Sequence record: SRR31156797_5219
Length of the DNA: 64,000 nt
Direction: 5' to 3' (one strand)
A program made the position numbers and the translations under genes. Shown in pieces: positions 1 to 9,468 of this stretch; position 1 is the first letter of the stretch; each line of letters begins with the position of its first letter. The notes under the pieces were generated by a model, which searched no databases, had not been told where the DNA came from, and saw only the letters and a program-made list of their open reading frames with translations.

Positions 1-144
1 AAGACCTGATGCGTCGTCAGCCGCGCTATTTATCCTAAGACCGCTGGAAAGTTTCTCGAGGTTTTTAGAGATAGCCGTATTTGTCTGGCTAAGATATCTC
101 TGCGAAGTGAGCGCAGGGACATTGTTATAGATCACCATTGCCAT
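1..144 (-). CDS. fliC: Flagellin, N-terminal 48 codons (gene runs off the left edge; not in the ORF track)
   Basis: Manual translation from ATG at 144: MAMVIYNNVPALTSQRYLSQTNTAISKNLEKLSSGLRINSAADDASGL, the canonical flagellin N-terminus (LSSGLRINSAADDASGL). GGAGG Shine-Dalgarno at 152-156. Confidence 0.96.
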   Translation of the reverse strand, partial: MAMVIYNNVPALTSQRYLSQTNTAISKNLEKLSSGLRINSAADDASGL

Positions 145-149
145 GATCA

Positions 150-187
150 TACCTCCATGTAATCCTCTTTATAGGCGTCCTTGCCTA
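150..187 (-). promoter_or_regulatory. Putative CsrA-binding sites in the flagellin leader
   Basis: mRNA hairpin UAGGC-AAGGAC-GCCUA (172-187) with GGA in the loop, then AGAGGAU and AUGGAGG overlapping the SD. Resembles CsrA sites in Bacillus subtilis hag. Confidence 0.65.
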
Positions 188-213
188 AAGGAAAATCGTT
201 TGGCACTGTAAAC

Positions 214-250
214 AAAAAAAGACCGCCCCCACGATTAAGTGAGTACGGTC
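214..250 (-). terminator. Intrinsic terminator between the two flagellin genes
   Basis: Minus strand GACCGUACUCAC-UUAAUC-GUGGGGGCGGUC followed by U7. Confidence 0.75.
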
Positions 251-289
251 TGATTATTTCAATACCTATACATTTTTATCTATTATCCT

Positions 290-325
290 AAATCGTCTCC
301 CGACTGATTAACTTAACATAATAAT
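290..325 (-). promoter_or_regulatory. Sigma28(FliA)-like promoter upstream of fliC
   Basis: ATTATTATG-TTAA-N15-GACGATTT (consensus TAAA-N15-GCCGATAA). The same motif recurs at 1189-1224. Confidence 0.65.
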
Positions 326-336
326 ATATTTATTTT

Positions 337-1152
337 TCAGAACTGATTTAGGAGTGCCAACACATTATCTTTCTCTATATCTGAGTGAGCTTTCAGAACT
401 CCTGATGCGAAATCACGAATAGCATTATGCTTCATCAAGCCGGCGGTCTCTTCCGCAAAATCAGTATCTGTATACCTGCTGAACATATCACTAAATATCA
501 CATCATCTTTCTGCATACGCTTAATTTCTGCTGCCATAGCAGTGATTTCACCACCAGCAGAAGCTATAGCGCCAGCAAAGCTGCTTATCTTGTCATCTAG
601 TGAGCTCAGTATATTTTCGTCACTAAGGTCATACTCTGATGCCTTCGCCGTGATTGATTTAACCGTCATGCTCATCTGTCTTAAAGAGAGGAAACTCTCC
701 GTATCCTCAGCGACAATCATCTCACCTTCGAATGTGTTAGACGGCTCATATAATTTTGCAGTTTTTGTGTAAGAATTCTCTCCGTCGATGATCTTCGACA
801 GTTCATCAACTTCAGTTTGAATATCAGACTTCTCAGAATCTGAAAGTGTGTCATTATTATACGCTATTGCAAGCTCACGTATCCTTATTAAGACATCAGA
901 CTTATTCTGATAATCTGAGACTTCTGCCTGGAGCAGATTGATTTTGTCTCTAGCCTGATTTATACGCTCGGGGATTTCCGAAAGAGAACTTTTCAGCCTC
1001 TCTATAAAAGGGATATTTTGAGGATCTTCAGACACATATTGATTCTTTCCGGAAGAGAGCTTCCGAATGCTCATGTTTATCTTATCTGAAATACTCCCTA
1101 AGTTCGACACTGCTTTCGAATGGTCGAGCCCGCTAAGATTTATGCTATGCAT
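337..1152 (-). CDS. Divergent flagellin-family protein (271 aa)
   Basis: N-terminal IRKLSSGK...LIRIRELAIAYNNDTLSDSEKSDIQTEVDEL and C-terminal DTDFAEETAGL...VLALL match flagellin D0/D1 helices; adjacent to fliC. Confidence 0.85.
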   Translation of the reverse strand: MHSINLSGLDHSKAVSNLGSISDKINMSIRKLSSGKNQYVSEDPQNIPFIERLKSSLSEIPERINQARDKINLLQAEVSDYQNKSDVLIRIRELAIAYNNDTLSDSEKSDIQTEVDELSKIIDGENSYTKTAKLYEPSNTFEGEMIVAEDTESFLSLRQMSMTVKSITAKASEYDLSDENILSSLDDKISSFAGAIASAGGEITAMAAEIKRMQKDDVIFSDMFSRYTDTDFAEETAGLMKHNAIRDFASGVLKAHSDIEKDNVLALLNQF

Positions 1153-1188
1153 CCTTACAACCTTTTGATAATTTCTGCGCTAATCGCG

Positions 1189-1224
1189 AAATCGTCAACA
1201 ACTCATAATACTTAACATAATAAT
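1189..1224 (-). promoter_or_regulatory. Sigma28(FliA)-like promoter upstream of the divergent flagellin
   Basis: ATTATTATG-TTAA-N15-GACGATTT; boxes identical to the copy at 290-325, spacer sequence different. Confidence 0.7.
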
Positions 1225-1233
1225 CGATTTACT

Positions 1234-2430
1234 TTATCCGTTCTTATTCGCCTGCTCAAACATATCTATCATAGCCTGCATATGCTCACCTTCCATGTCA
1301 GCAACAACATTCTTTAACACATCAGGGATTTGTATCCCCTGCGGACATTTAGCCACACACTCACCACAGTCAACACATAATGAAGCGTATCCCGCCTCTT
1401 TTGTCGCAGTCCCTCTGAGCATTACAGCGTATTGGAATTTTGATCTGTCATCAGAAAACATGTGATAATTATTATATAGAGTAAAACAGAAAGGTATGTT
1501 CACATTAGCCGGACAGGGAACACAGTACCCGCAGCCTGTACAGTCAACCTTTATAAGCTCACTATATTTCTCAGCCGCTTCATCCACAAGTTTTAGGTCA
1601 GCCTCACTCATACAGCCTACTTCTGCATTAGAAGCAATAGCTAAGTTCTCATCTATATGAGCATCATCATTCATCCCTGATAGGACCAGAGTAACCTCTG
1701 GACAGCTCCATATCCACTCAAGAGACCACTGCACCGGCGTACGCATTAATGCAGATTTGCTCCATATCGCTTTTATCGCTTCCGGCGGATTAGGGTTACC
1801 TAGATTTCCACCCCGAAGTGGCTCCATGACAACAATACCGAGATTCTTCGCAGCAGCATATTTCAGCCCGGCAGTTCCAGCCTGACTCTTCTGGTCAAGG
1901 AAATTATATTGAATCTGGCAGAAGGTCCAGTCGTAAGCATCTACTATTTTAGGGAAATCTCTTTCGATACCGTGAAAAGAGAAACCTGCATACTTTATCC
2001 TGCCGTCAGCTATGGCAGAGTCGAGGAAATCTTTTACACCTAACCGTTCGAGCTTGTTCCACGATGCCCCATCAACATTATGAACAAGATAATAATCAAT
2101 ATAGTCAACCTCGAGCTTATCAAGCTGCTTATCGAGGAGCGTGTCCATCTCTTCCCTAGTTTCAACATCCCACTGAGGGAGCTTTGTGGCAAGCTTAACC
2201 TTCTCACGATAACCATCCTTAAGCGCACGAGCAACAATAAGCTCACTCTGCCCACCGATATACGGCCATGCAGTGTCCACGTAGTTTACACCTTTATCAA
2301 TACTGTACCTTATCTGTTCGATCATTTTTATATCATCAACACTTCCATCCTCTTTCATAGGAGGGCGCATAGCACCAAAGCCAAGAATCGAAAGTTTATC
2401 ACCAGTCTTAGGGATTTCTCTGTAAAGCAT
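1234..2430 (-). CDS. Aldo/keto reductase with C-terminal 4Fe-4S domain
   Basis: LSILGFGAMR, YVDTAWPY, LATKLP motifs; CTGCGYCVPCP and CVDCGECVAKCP. Confidence 0.92.
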   Translation of the reverse strand: MLYREIPKTGDKLSILGFGAMRPPMKEDGSVDDIKMIEQIRYSIDKGVNYVDTAWPYIGGQSELIVARALKDGYREKVKLATKLPQWDVETREEMDTLLDKQLDKLEVDYIDYYLVHNVDGASWNKLERLGVKDFLDSAIADGRIKYAGFSFHGIERDFPKIVDAYDWTFCQIQYNFLDQKSQAGTAGLKYAAAKNLGIVVMEPLRGGNLGNPNPPEAIKAIWSKSALMRTPVQWSLEWIWSCPEVTLVLSGMNDDAHIDENLAIASNAEVGCMSEADLKLVDEAAEKYSELIKVDCTGCGYCVPCPANVNIPFCFTLYNNYHMFSDDRSKFQYAVMLRGTATKEAGYASLCVDCGECVAKCPQGIQIPDVLKNVVADMEGEHMQAMIDMFEQANKNG

Positions 2431-2599
2431 ATTTCACTCCTTATTTAATAATACTACATCAGTGATTAGAAGAAAATGTCAACAAAGTAATACTTTATTT
2501 AACCGATAAATCAAACTTAATTTTTTTCAGATATCTTTATAAACCTTCTGTATCACTTCGAGTGGAATATAGTAAAGATTATTATCCCGGAGGATATTT

Positions 2600-3895
2600 A
2601 TGTATAACATTTCAAGAAGAAGCTTTTTACGTTCAAGCGTAGTTCTAAGCGCTGGTCTCTCCCTTGGGCTCACAGGCTGCATTGACTCTAGTGATGATGA
2701 TAAAAGCGCAAAATTTGCCGTTTTATCTGATCCACACGTGTATGACACCTCTCTAGGTACGTCAGGCACAGCTTTCACAAATTATCTTGCGGGTGACAGA
2801 AAACTACTCGCAGAAAGTACAGAGATTCTCGAGGCTGTTGTTGAAAACCTGCTGACAGAAGACCTTGACTTCGTTCTGGTTCCAGGCGACCTCACAAAAG
2901 ACGGTGAGTATATATGCCATGAGAAGTTTGTCTCTATCATGTCTGCACTCACAGATAAAAATGTAAAAGTTTTTGTAGTACCTGGTAATCACGATATTAA
3001 CAATCCTCATGCAGTATCCTTCGACGGTGATTCTACTACACATGTAGGTACAATCACCCCAGAGGAATTTGAAACTATGTATGCTGATTTCGGCTACGAG
3101 GATGCAATCGACAGAGACCCTAACTCTCTCAGCTATATAGCGAGACTGACTGATAACGTTTGGCTTTTTGCAATAGACTCTTGTAAATATGACGATAATG
3201 AAACTTCACCTGAAACATCAGGAGAGATATCAGATGAAACTATGAGCTGGATTCAGCAGAAACTTCTGGAAGCTTCCGATGCAGGAGCTCTTCCGATCGG
3301 GATGCTGCACCACGCTGTTACTCCACACTTTTCTGCACAGACAACTTTTTTTGCTGACTATGTGGTAGATGATTATGCCTTAGTTGGAGAGGCTCTCGCC
3401 GATGCGGGGCTTAATATCTTTTTCACCGGTCATTTCCACGCTCAGGACATCATCAAAGCTGATTTCACAAACAGCTCACTTTACGAAATTGAAACAGGTT
3501 CAACAGTTACAGCGCCATGTCCTTACAGAGTGATAACTCTCGACATACCTACTGCAACACTAACTATAAACAGCTATGAAATAGACTCTATCCCATCAAA
3601 CAGCAACTTCGCAGCTTATAAAACTCAGTTTACCTCTGACGGTATGCTCGCTTTATACACTGCAATGCTCCCATCATACGGGATAAGCACTGCTGTTGCT
3701 CCTGCCGCCGCAGAGATACACGTTATGCATTATGCAGGGGATGAGGTTTACACATCTCTCAGCGCAACCTCTGATGCAATTGTACAATCGCTTTTAACAA
3801 GTGGAGACACCTCAACAGTACAGCTAGGCTACGCACTTGTTGACTGGGCTACAGACGGCACTCCTGGCGATAACAATTTAATACTCGAGATATAA
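2600..3895 (+). CDS. Calcineurin-like metallophosphoesterase, Tat-exported lipoprotein
   Basis: SRRSFL twin-arginine motif, LTGC lipobox; DPH, GDLT, GNHD, HH and GHFH metal motifs. Confidence 0.9.
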   Translation: MYNISRRSFLRSSVVLSAGLSLGLTGCIDSSDDDKSAKFAVLSDPHVYDTSLGTSGTAFTNYLAGDRKLLAESTEILEAVVENLLTEDLDFVLVPGDLTKDGEYICHEKFVSIMSALTDKNVKVFVVPGNHDINNPHAVSFDGDSTTHVGTITPEEFETMYADFGYEDAIDRDPNSLSYIARLTDNVWLFAIDSCKYDDNETSPETSGEISDETMSWIQQKLLEASDAGALPIGMLHHAVTPHFSAQTTFFADYVVDDYALVGEALADAGLNIFFTGHFHAQDIIKADFTNSSLYEIETGSTVTAPCPYRVITLDIPTATLTINSYEIDSIPSNSNFAAYKTQFTSDGMLALYTAMLPSYGISTAVAPAAAEIHVMHYAGDEVYTSLSATSDAIVQSLLTSGDTSTVQLGYALVDWATDGTPGDNNLILEI

Positions 3896-3905
3896 CTATT
3901 ATCAA

Positions 3906-3935
3906 ATGCCGCATCTTTGAGGTGCGGCATCTTTT
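3906..3935. terminator. Intrinsic terminator between convergent genes
   Basis: ATGCCGCATC-TTTGA-GGTGCGGCAT followed by CTTTT. Confidence 0.75.
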
Positions 3936-3957
3936 CACAACCATCACAGTTCAGCTA

Positions 3958-5535
3958 TTAATAGTAGCATGCTGCGGCCAGCAATTCGCTGGTGTAATCA
4001 TCTTTAGGGCAGTTAAAGATACTCTCTGTTTTACCTGTCTCTACTATTTCGCCGTTTTTCATAACAGCAACTCTGTGGCATAAAGACTTTATAACGCTTA
4101 GATCATGGCTTATGACTATATATGAAAACCCATATTTCTCCTGAAGATCTTTCAGTAAATCAATAATCTGAATCTGTACAGTCCTGTCCAAAGATGATGT
4201 AGCCTCATCGAATATAATTATCTCCGGCTTTAATATCAGTGCCCTTGCAATTGCTATTCTCTGTCTCTGCCCACCGGAAAATTCATGAGGATATCTGTTC
4301 AGCGTATCTGGGTTCAGCCCCACGTCATTAATAACTTTCATCAGCCTCTCATTTATAAGTTTTTTATCCTTAACTCCTGATGCCGAAAGCCCTTCAGAAA
4401 CTATCATTGCAACTGTCATCCTAGGGTTTAAACTTCCATAAGGATCCTGAAAAACAATCTGGATAAGGCTCCTTATCTCACGCATTTTCTTCGCAGAAAG
4501 AGACATAATATCCGTCTCTTTTAACATAACTTCCCCTCTCCCTTCGGTAAGTTTCAAAATTCCTCTTGCCAGGGAAGACTTACCAGAGCCGCTCTCTCCA
4601 ACAATCCCCAATGATTCCCCTTTCATAAGCTGAAATCCTACCCCCTTAACGGCATGAACCTCATATTTACCTCGGAGTCCGCCGTTCGTATAGCTTACGT
4701 GAAAGTCTTTCACATTGAGCAGTAACTCATCTGTCGCAAAAGATGATTTGCCCTCTGAGCTACCTGCAAGCAATCTTTGTGTGTAGGCTTCTTTTGGGCT
4801 GTTAAATATATCTTCGGTTATCCCTGATTCCACGACTAAACCTTCACGAACAACGGCGACTCTTTCAGCATATTTCCTAACAATCCCGAGATCGTGAGTG
4901 ATAAGCAGAACAGACATATCACGCTCGGCACTCAGCCGCTTAACAAGCTCTAATATCTGTTTCTGAACAGTAACATCCAAAGCTGTGGTCGGTTCGTCTG
5001 CAATCAGCAGATCGGGGTCTCCGGCCAGAGCCATAGCAATCATCACTCGCTGTCTCTCCCCACCTGAAAACTGGTGTGGATAGTGTTTAAGCCTGTTCTC
5101 TATCTCTCTTATACCTACCTCTCTCAAAAGCTTCTCAGCCCTCACTTCAGCTTCGCTTTCGTGCATCTTATCAACAAGGATAAGCCGCTCAGTTATCTGG
5201 CTAATTACATTATGAAGTGGATTAAGCGAAACCATAGGCTCTTGAAAAATATATGCGATCCTTCCGCCACGGATTTTACGCATATCATCCGCTGAAATGT
5301 CCACAAGCTCATTTGAATCAAGTTTTATCGACCCAGATTCTATTACGGCACCTGCGCTCTCCATAAGTGCTGTTACGGAATGAGCACAAACTGACTTTCC
5401 GGAACCGCTCTCTCCGACTAGGGCGAAGATTTCGCCTTTATAAATATTAAAACTAAAGTCGCGTACAGCTTCAACACGCCCGTTTTCACTTTCAAACACA
5501 ATTTTTAAATTATTTATTTCAAGTATATTTCTCAT
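3958..5535 (-). CDS. yejF: Peptide ABC transporter, double-domain ATPase (YejF-like)
   Basis: Two GESGSGKS Walker A motifs, two YPH(Q/E)FSGG signatures. Confidence 0.85.
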   Translation of the reverse strand: MRNILEINNLKIVFESENGRVEAVRDFSFNIYKGEIFALVGESGSGKSVCAHSVTALMESAGAVIESGSIKLDSNELVDISADDMRKIRGGRIAYIFQEPMVSLNPLHNVISQITERLILVDKMHESEAEVRAEKLLREVGIREIENRLKHYPHQFSGGERQRVMIAMALAGDPDLLIADEPTTALDVTVQKQILELVKRLSAERDMSVLLITHDLGIVRKYAERVAVVREGLVVESGITEDIFNSPKEAYTQRLLAGSSEGKSSFATDELLLNVKDFHVSYTNGGLRGKYEVHAVKGVGFQLMKGESLGIVGESGSGKSSLARGILKLTEGRGEVMLKETDIMSLSAKKMREIRSLIQIVFQDPYGSLNPRMTVAMIVSEGLSASGVKDKKLINERLMKVINDVGLNPDTLNRYPHEFSGGQRQRIAIARALILKPEIIIFDEATSSLDRTVQIQIIDLLKDLQEKYGFSYIVISHDLSVIKSLCHRVAVMKNGEIVETGKTESIFNCPKDDYTSELLAAACYY

Positions 5536-6557
5536 TTCTTACCTATATGTCTTGGGTCAAAAGCATCTCTGGCTGCCTCACCAATGAAGACGAGTAAGCT
5601 TAGCATAAGTGAAAGTAACACAAATGCCGACACCCCAAGCCATGGAGCATAAAGGTTTGACTTACTCGCCGCCAGAACCTCACCAATGGAGGGCGAACCT
5701 GGAGGCATACCAAACCCAAGGAAATCGAGAGATGTAAGCACTGTAATTGAACCGCTCAGTATAAACGGCAGAAAAGTCATAGCTGCAACCATAGCATTTG
5801 GCAGGATATGTCTGAATATTATCCCCCTATCACCGACTCCGAGAGCCTGCGCTGCTTGTACATATTCCAGCTTGCGACCTTTCAGGAATTCAGCACGGAC
5901 AACACCGACCAACCCCATCCAACCGAAAATCACCATAATAAAAAGTAGAGACCAAAACCCTGGTCTTATAAAACTGCTCATGATGATAAGAAGATAAAGC
6001 ATCGGTATGCCCGACCACACCTCTAGTAGCCGTTGACCTAAAAGGTCTATTTTCCCACCGTAGTACCCCTGCATTGCACCTACACATATACCTATAAAAG
6101 ATGTAATCAATGTTAGGGCAAAACCGAATAGGACAGACAGTCTGAAACCGTATAACAATCTCGCAAATACATCCCGCCCCTGATCATCTGTCCCGAGAGG
6201 ATTCTCTAATGAGGGTGGCGTAGGCGGTGGCTCAGGCAGATCATACCTTATCGTTGAATAGCTATATCTGATTGGAGCCCACAATATATATCCGTTTTCT
6301 TCTATCATATCTTTTAGGTACGCATCTTTGAAGTTAGCTTCAGTTTCGAAAAATCCGCCAAAATCTTTCTCTGTATATGTCACGAAAACGGGAAAGTAAC
6401 TATCGCCTTTATAGTTTATAAACAAAGGCTTATCATTTGCGATCACCTCTGCGAAAAGGCTGAGGATGAACATAAGTGAGAATATAATCAGGCTGGCTCT
6501 TCCTCGCTTATTTGCCCAAAATCTTTGGAGTCTGCGTTTATTAAAAGGTGAAAGCAT
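5532..6557 (-). CDS. yejE: Peptide ABC transporter permease (YejE-like)
   Basis: MLSPFNKRRLQRFWANKRG, IANDKPL, LGTDDQGRDV, RAEFL, LDFLGFG. Confidence 0.88.
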   Translation of the reverse strand: MLSPFNKRRLQRFWANKRGRASLIIFSLMFILSLFAEVIANDKPLFINYKGDSYFPVFVTYTEKDFGGFFETEANFKDAYLKDMIEENGYILWAPIRYSYSTIRYDLPEPPPTPPSLENPLGTDDQGRDVFARLLYGFRLSVLFGFALTLITSFIGICVGAMQGYYGGKIDLLGQRLLEVWSGIPMLYLLIIMSSFIRPGFWSLLFIMVIFGWMGLVGVVRAEFLKGRKLEYVQAAQALGVGDRGIIFRHILPNAMVAAMTFLPFILSGSITVLTSLDFLGFGMPPGSPSIGEVLAASKSNLYAPWLGVSAFVLLSLMLSLLVFIGEAARDAFDPRHIGKK

Positions 6558-6559
6558 AA

Positions 6560-7663
6560 CTAACCCCTCGAAGCCGCATCAAAATTTATCCTCGGATCAA
6601 TCAGACAATAAGTAAGGTCACTTATTATATTCAGAACAAGCCCCATAAGTGTAAAGATGTATAGGGTTGAAAACATAACAGGATAATCTCTGCTCATTGC
6701 GGCGTCAAAACCGAGCAGCCCAAGCCCGTCGAGAGAAAAGATTACTTCGATTAATAATGAGCCCGTAAAAAACATCGAAACAAAAACTGACGGAAAACCT
6801 GAAATGACAATCAGCATAGAATTTCTGAACACGTGCCCGTAAAGAACAGCTTTCTCTGTCAGCCCTTTCGCTCTTGCTGTGACAACATACTGCTTACCTA
6901 TTTCATCCAGAAAAGAGTTTTTAGTAAGCATTGTTAATGATGCGAAACTTCCTATGAGCATAGCAATGACAGGGAGACACATATGCCATAGATAATCAAA
7001 AACTTTTTCCATAAATGTCATCTGAGCAAAGCCATCGGACACAAGTCCTCTCAGCGGAAACCATGCGAAATAATTTCCGCCGGCGAAAAGAATTACCAGT
7101 AAAACCGCAAAGAGAAATACAGGGATAGCATTGCCGATTATTATAAAGAAAGAGCTCCAAACGTCGAACCTGCTTCCGTGCCGGACTGATTTTGCTATCC
7201 CCAGAGGTATACTCACCAAATATGTGAGTAGTGTACTCCAAAGCCCGAGGGAAATAGAGACAGGCATCTTCTCTCTCACAAGATCGATAACTGACTTATC
7301 GCTGAAAAAGCTGTCTCCAAAATTAAATATGGCAAAGTCTTTCAGCATATATAAATATCTAATATGTATTGGCTTATCAAAACCGTACAGTTTTTTAATT
7401 TTCTCCATAAGCTCAGGAGACAGCTCATCAGCTCCCTCAGCTTTCCCTGCAGGGTCAGATTCGTTTTTAATCTCTAGTGAGATATCATCAGACTCCTGAC
7501 GTAAAGCCCTCTCTTCCGCCTTGACCTCTTCACCTGTTATTCTCGCTATCATAGTCTCCATAGGTCCGCCCGGAGCCATCTGCACGATGAAAAAATTGAT
7601 TGTTATAATCCCTATAAGGGTTGGAATAACGAGGATAAATCTTCTGAAAATATACTTTCTCAT
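6560..7663 (-). CDS. yejB: Peptide ABC transporter permease (YejB-like)
   Basis: [45 protein letters not shown]. Confidence 0.9.
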   Translation of the reverse strand: MRKYIFRRFILVIPTLIGIITINFFIVQMAPGGPMETMIARITGEEVKAEERALRQESDDISLEIKNESDPAGKAEGADELSPELMEKIKKLYGFDKPIHIRYLYMLKDFAIFNFGDSFFSDKSVIDLVREKMPVSISLGLWSTLLTYLVSIPLGIAKSVRHGSRFDVWSSFFIIIGNAIPVFLFAVLLVILFAGGNYFAWFPLRGLVSDGFAQMTFMEKVFDYLWHMCLPVIAMLIGSFASLTMLTKNSFLDEIGKQYVVTARAKGLTEKAVLYGHVFRNSMLIVISGFPSVFVSMFFTGSLLIEVIFSLDGLGLLGFDAAMSRDYPVMFSTLYIFTLMGLVLNIISDLTYCLIDPRINFDAASRG

Positions 7664-9468
7664 CTATTTACCTGAGAATCAACGTAAGCAGCCTTTTCAG
7701 GGATTATCCACCATGTACCGAATCCAAAGCTATATTCAGGTGCTTTTTCCGGTTTGCCGAATTTATCCCAATATCCGACCCGATACCTGTTGCTATAGCC
7801 GGACGGGATGATGTAGTAACCGTTAAGAAGGACTCTGTCCAAAGCTTTTACCACGGTTACAAGTGTTTCTCTATCTTCAGAATTTACTAGCTTGTCTATA
7901 AGTTTATCCACAACAGGATTCTGTATCTTTGCATAGTTTTTACTCCCTACTTCATCAGCAGAGGAGCTGTGCCACATATTTCTCTGTTCATTCCCCGGTG
8001 ATAGGGACTGCTTTATTCGTGTAAAGATCATGTCGTACTCTTTATTCCTGACCTTGCGGACATACTGAGTAGAGTCAACATATCTGATATATAGATCAAT
8101 GCCCATCCGCTCCAAAGCTTTTTTAAACGGCATAAGTCTCTTCTCTATAGACTTAGAAGAGGTAAGCACTTCAAGTGAAACCTTTCGACCGTCAGGAGTA
8201 AACATCTTGCCGTCTTTATATGAGTATCCGTTTGAGGTCAGTATATTGACCCCTTGCATCAGCCCGGCTCTGTTATTCCCTTCCCCATCAGTTTCAGGAA
8301 GTTTAAATGCCGACGCATATCTCTCAACATCGGCGCCGACAGACTTAAGTATCTTTTTTTCAGCCTCGGGTGCATCCCCCGAAGCCATAAGCTCACTGTT
8401 AGAAAAATAGCTTCTATGCCTTATGTTCTGCCCGTAGTAAAGTTTGCTGTTTACCCATTCAAAATCGTAAGCGTAGGTCAGCGCTTTTCGCAGATTTATG
8501 TCTTTCAAAAAGCTGTTAGACGTATTCATTACCAGCCCCGCCATACCCATAGGTTTTTTATGCGGAACCTCTTCCTTCTTTATGAGACCTCTTTCGTGGT
8601 ACTTACCAGTATAGCCTTTATACCACCGCTGACTTGAGCCCTCGCTCCGCAGATCGTAGTGCCCAGCCTTGAAAGCTTCGAATGATACTGTCTGGTCTCT
8701 GAAATATTCATAAATAATTTTATCCGCATTATATCTGCCTACGTTTACAGGGACATCTCTCCCCCAGTAGTCAGGCACCCTTTCAAAAGATATTCTCTTC
8801 CCCGCTTCAAAGCTCCCGATTCTATATGGTCCGCTCCCCAGCGGGACATCAAGGGTACTTTTAGAGAGGTCTCTCTTCTCCCAATAGTGTTTCGGGATAA
8901 TTGTAAGCTGTCCTGCTATCAGAGGCATTTCATAGCTCGGCTCTTTTTCATCAAATTCGAATCTGACTCTGTAACTATCTAAAGCTATAACCTTTCTGAC
9001 CAGCTTGAAATAGTTGCTGTAAAAAGGACTCACCTCTGTAATCTTGTAGAAACTGAAAACCACATCCTCTGCTGTGATCGGTTTACCATCGTGCCACTTT
9101 GCACCCTTCCTCAGGTTAAACACGACAAAAGAATAGTCATCAGAATACTCTATAGACTCCGCCAGCAAACCGTAATATGTGGAGGGTTCATCATCAGATG
9201 ATTCCATCAGAGAATCGTACAGATATCCTCCGACACCAACTGCGGACCGACCTTTAATAGCAAAACTATTAAAGCTGTCGTATGTTCCAAAAGCACTCAT
9301 CCTGAGCTCCCCACCTTTCGGTGCATTGGGATTCACATAGTCGAGATGCTTAAAATCTGCACTGTATTTAGCTTTACCTACAAGAGAGTAAGCATGAGTT
9401 TTAATAACCTCTGCATGACCGGAAAAAGCGAAAACAGCGATGAAAGTCAGTATTGCAAATACTTTCAT
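7660..9468 (-). CDS. yejA: Peptide ABC transporter periplasmic binding protein (YejA-like)
   Basis: Signal peptide; [44 protein letters not shown]. Confidence 0.88.
   Translation of the reverse strand: MKVFAILTFIAVFAFSGHAEVIKTHAYSLVGKAKYSADFKHLDYVNPNAPKGGELRMSAFGTYDSFNSFAIKGRSAVGVGGYLYDSLMESSDDEPSTYYGLLAESIEYSDDYSFVVFNLRKGAKWHDGKPITAEDVVFSFYKITEVSPFYSNYFKLVRKVIALDSYRVRFEFDEKEPSYEMPLIAGQLTIIPKHYWEKRDLSKSTLDVPLGSGPYRIGSFEAGKRISFERVPDYWGRDVPVNVGRYNADKIIYEYFRDQTVSFEAFKAGHYDLRSEGSSQRWYKGYTGKYHERGLIKKEEVPHKKPMGMAGLVMNTSNSFLKDINLRKALTYAYDFEWVNSKLYYGQNIRHRSYFSNSELMASGDAPEAEKKILKSVGADVERYASAFKLPETDGEGNNRAGLMQGVNILTSNGYSYKDGKMFTPDGRKVSLEVLTSSKSIEKRLMPFKKALERMGIDLYIRYVDSTQYVRKVRNKEYDMIFTRIKQSLSPGNEQRNMWHSSSADEVGSKNYAKIQNPVVDKLIDKLVNSEDRETLVTVVKALDRVLLNGYYIIPSGYSNRYRVGYWDKFGKPEKAPEYSFGFGTWWIIPEKAAYVDSQVNR

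Noticed and set aside
201-216. TGGCAC as a sigma54 -24 box near fliC
   Set aside because: Wrong strand for fliC and no TTGC at the -12 position.
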